64,000 bases of DNA, from assembly GCA_038087875.1 (NCBI GenBank), contig CM075996.1:3846001-3910000 (forward strand). Direction: 5' to 3'. The stretch is from Malacoraja senta (Eukaryota). A program made the position numbers and the translations under genes. Each line of letters begins with the position of its first letter. The stretch's first letter is position 1. Below are positions 62,490 to 64,000 of the stretch, in pieces. The notes below the pieces were generated by a model. That model did no database searches and was not told where the DNA came from. It saw only the letters and a list, made by a program, of their open reading frames with translations.

Positions 62490-64000
62490 TTGAAACATAG
62501 AAACATAGAAATTAGGTGCAGGAGTAGGCCATTCGGCCCTTCGAGCCTGCACCGCCATTCAATATGATCATGGCTGATCATCCAACTCAGTATCCCGTAC
62601 CTGCCTTCTCTCCATACCCTCTGATCCCTTTAGCCACAAGGGCCACATCTAGCTCCCTCTTAAATATAGCCAATGAACTGGCCTCGACTACCCTCTGTGG
62701 CAGAGAGTTCCAGAGATTCACCACTCTCTGTGTGAAAAAAGTTCTTCTCATCTCGGTTTTAAAGGATTTCCCCCTTATCCTTAAGCTGTGACCCCTTGTC
62801 CTGGACTTCCCCAACATCGGGAGCAATCTTCCTGCATCTAGCCTGTCCAACCCCTTAAGAATTTTGTAAGTTTCTATAAGATCCCCTCTCAATCTCCTAA
62901 ATTCTAGAGAGTATAAACCAAGTCTATCCAGGGCCATTACTTTGCCAAAGGCTGGACAAATTGAACATCTTGCAATAGGCAGTGTACAGCTGGATTCTGA
63001 AACACCCAAAGCCATTTGAGGACAAGAATTACAATCCTTTGTGTAAAGAAGATCCTCCTTATCCCAGCCCTGGTTCTAAACTCTCCAATGCGAGGAAACA
63101 ATCTCTTCCCATGTAAAGCACTGTTAACATGAATAAGACTTGAAGTTCATTTTGCAACACCCCCTGCCATTCACTTCTACTGGGTTACAGTGGCACTTGG
63201 TGTCTTCTTATGGAAATCAGTTCAGGTTCAAATTACATTTCAGAATCAGAATCAGAATCTCGTTGGCCAAAGTGATTTACATTTGTTATAAGAATCACAC
63301 TTTATTCGCCAAGTATGTTTTGCAACATTCGAGGAATTTCACTGGCCAGGTCAGTCACACAATTAAAACGCAACAGATGGAAGGCGAAATAAAGTTCAAG
63401 TCCTTCCCTTGTGTTCTTCCTTGGTCGGGGACATTTATTGTCACAAACACCAAATGGTGCAGTGAAATTTGAGTTACCATACAGCCACACAAATAAACTA
63501 AACAGAACACACCACGCCATAGAATTTAACATGAACATCCCCCATCCACGTTTCCCACCGTGAGGGAAGGCAATAAAGTTCACTCATCTTCCTCTTTGTT
63601 CGCCCGTGGTCGGGGCCTTTGAGCCCTCCGCAGTCGCCGCTCCGGGGGGCCCGATGTTCAGGCCCTCTTGCCGGGACGATGGGATGATCAGCATCTGCAG
63701 TTCCATGTTTCTACATTCTTTTTTCCACGCTTTAGATTTGCAATTAGATCGTTAATATGTCTGCCACCTACTCTACTTTGACGTACCATGTGTAATGTTT
63801 AGGAAGGAACTGCAGGTGCCGGTTTACACCGGATAGTTGAGTTGTCTGGGAACATTGATTTAGGAATAAACACTGAAGAGCAATGACGTATATAATTGGA
63901 CAAATGTGTTGGAATTTATTAACACATAAACCTTAACTCTTCCAGTTTCCAATACTATAAACGAGGTGTGGGGGATTCCCTGTTTAGTTTCTCAACTCAG

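Overview
Repeat-dense vertebrate genomic DNA, almost certainly from a cartilaginous fish (skate or ray-like; inferred from the abundant HE1/V-SINE-type tRNA SINEs and CR1 LINE tails). It has two 200-N assembly gaps. Two host genes are supported, both on the minus strand. The first is a four-coding-exon PMP22/EMP-family tetraspan gene, join(6562..6639, 4371..4467, 664..804, 364..521), 157 aa, most likely EMP1. The second is a single-coding-exon SOCS1-like gene (33225..33818, 197 aa) with a strong-Kozak uORF ending 1 nt before its ATG and a 22-nt tandem hairpin array just past its stop. The rest is mostly mobile DNA: a full-length but inactivated Passport-like Tc1 (DD34E) transposon, Harbinger-like MITEs, CR1/L2/Rex1/Tx1/L1 fragments and SINEs. 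The most interesting signals are: (i) a 402-bp TSD-flanked RTE/BovB-related short element whose exact 5' end folds into an HDV-like ribozyme; (ii) a very abundant short repeat with a minimal hammerhead core that inserts, often as fold-backs, with 14-17 bp TSDs and has seeded two inverted minisatellites; (iii) the EMP1-linked SOCS1 paralogue, which has mixed SOCS1/SOCS3 features. All family assignments come from motif recognition by eye; no database search was run. Repeat boundaries are approximate unless TSDs or TIRs are given.
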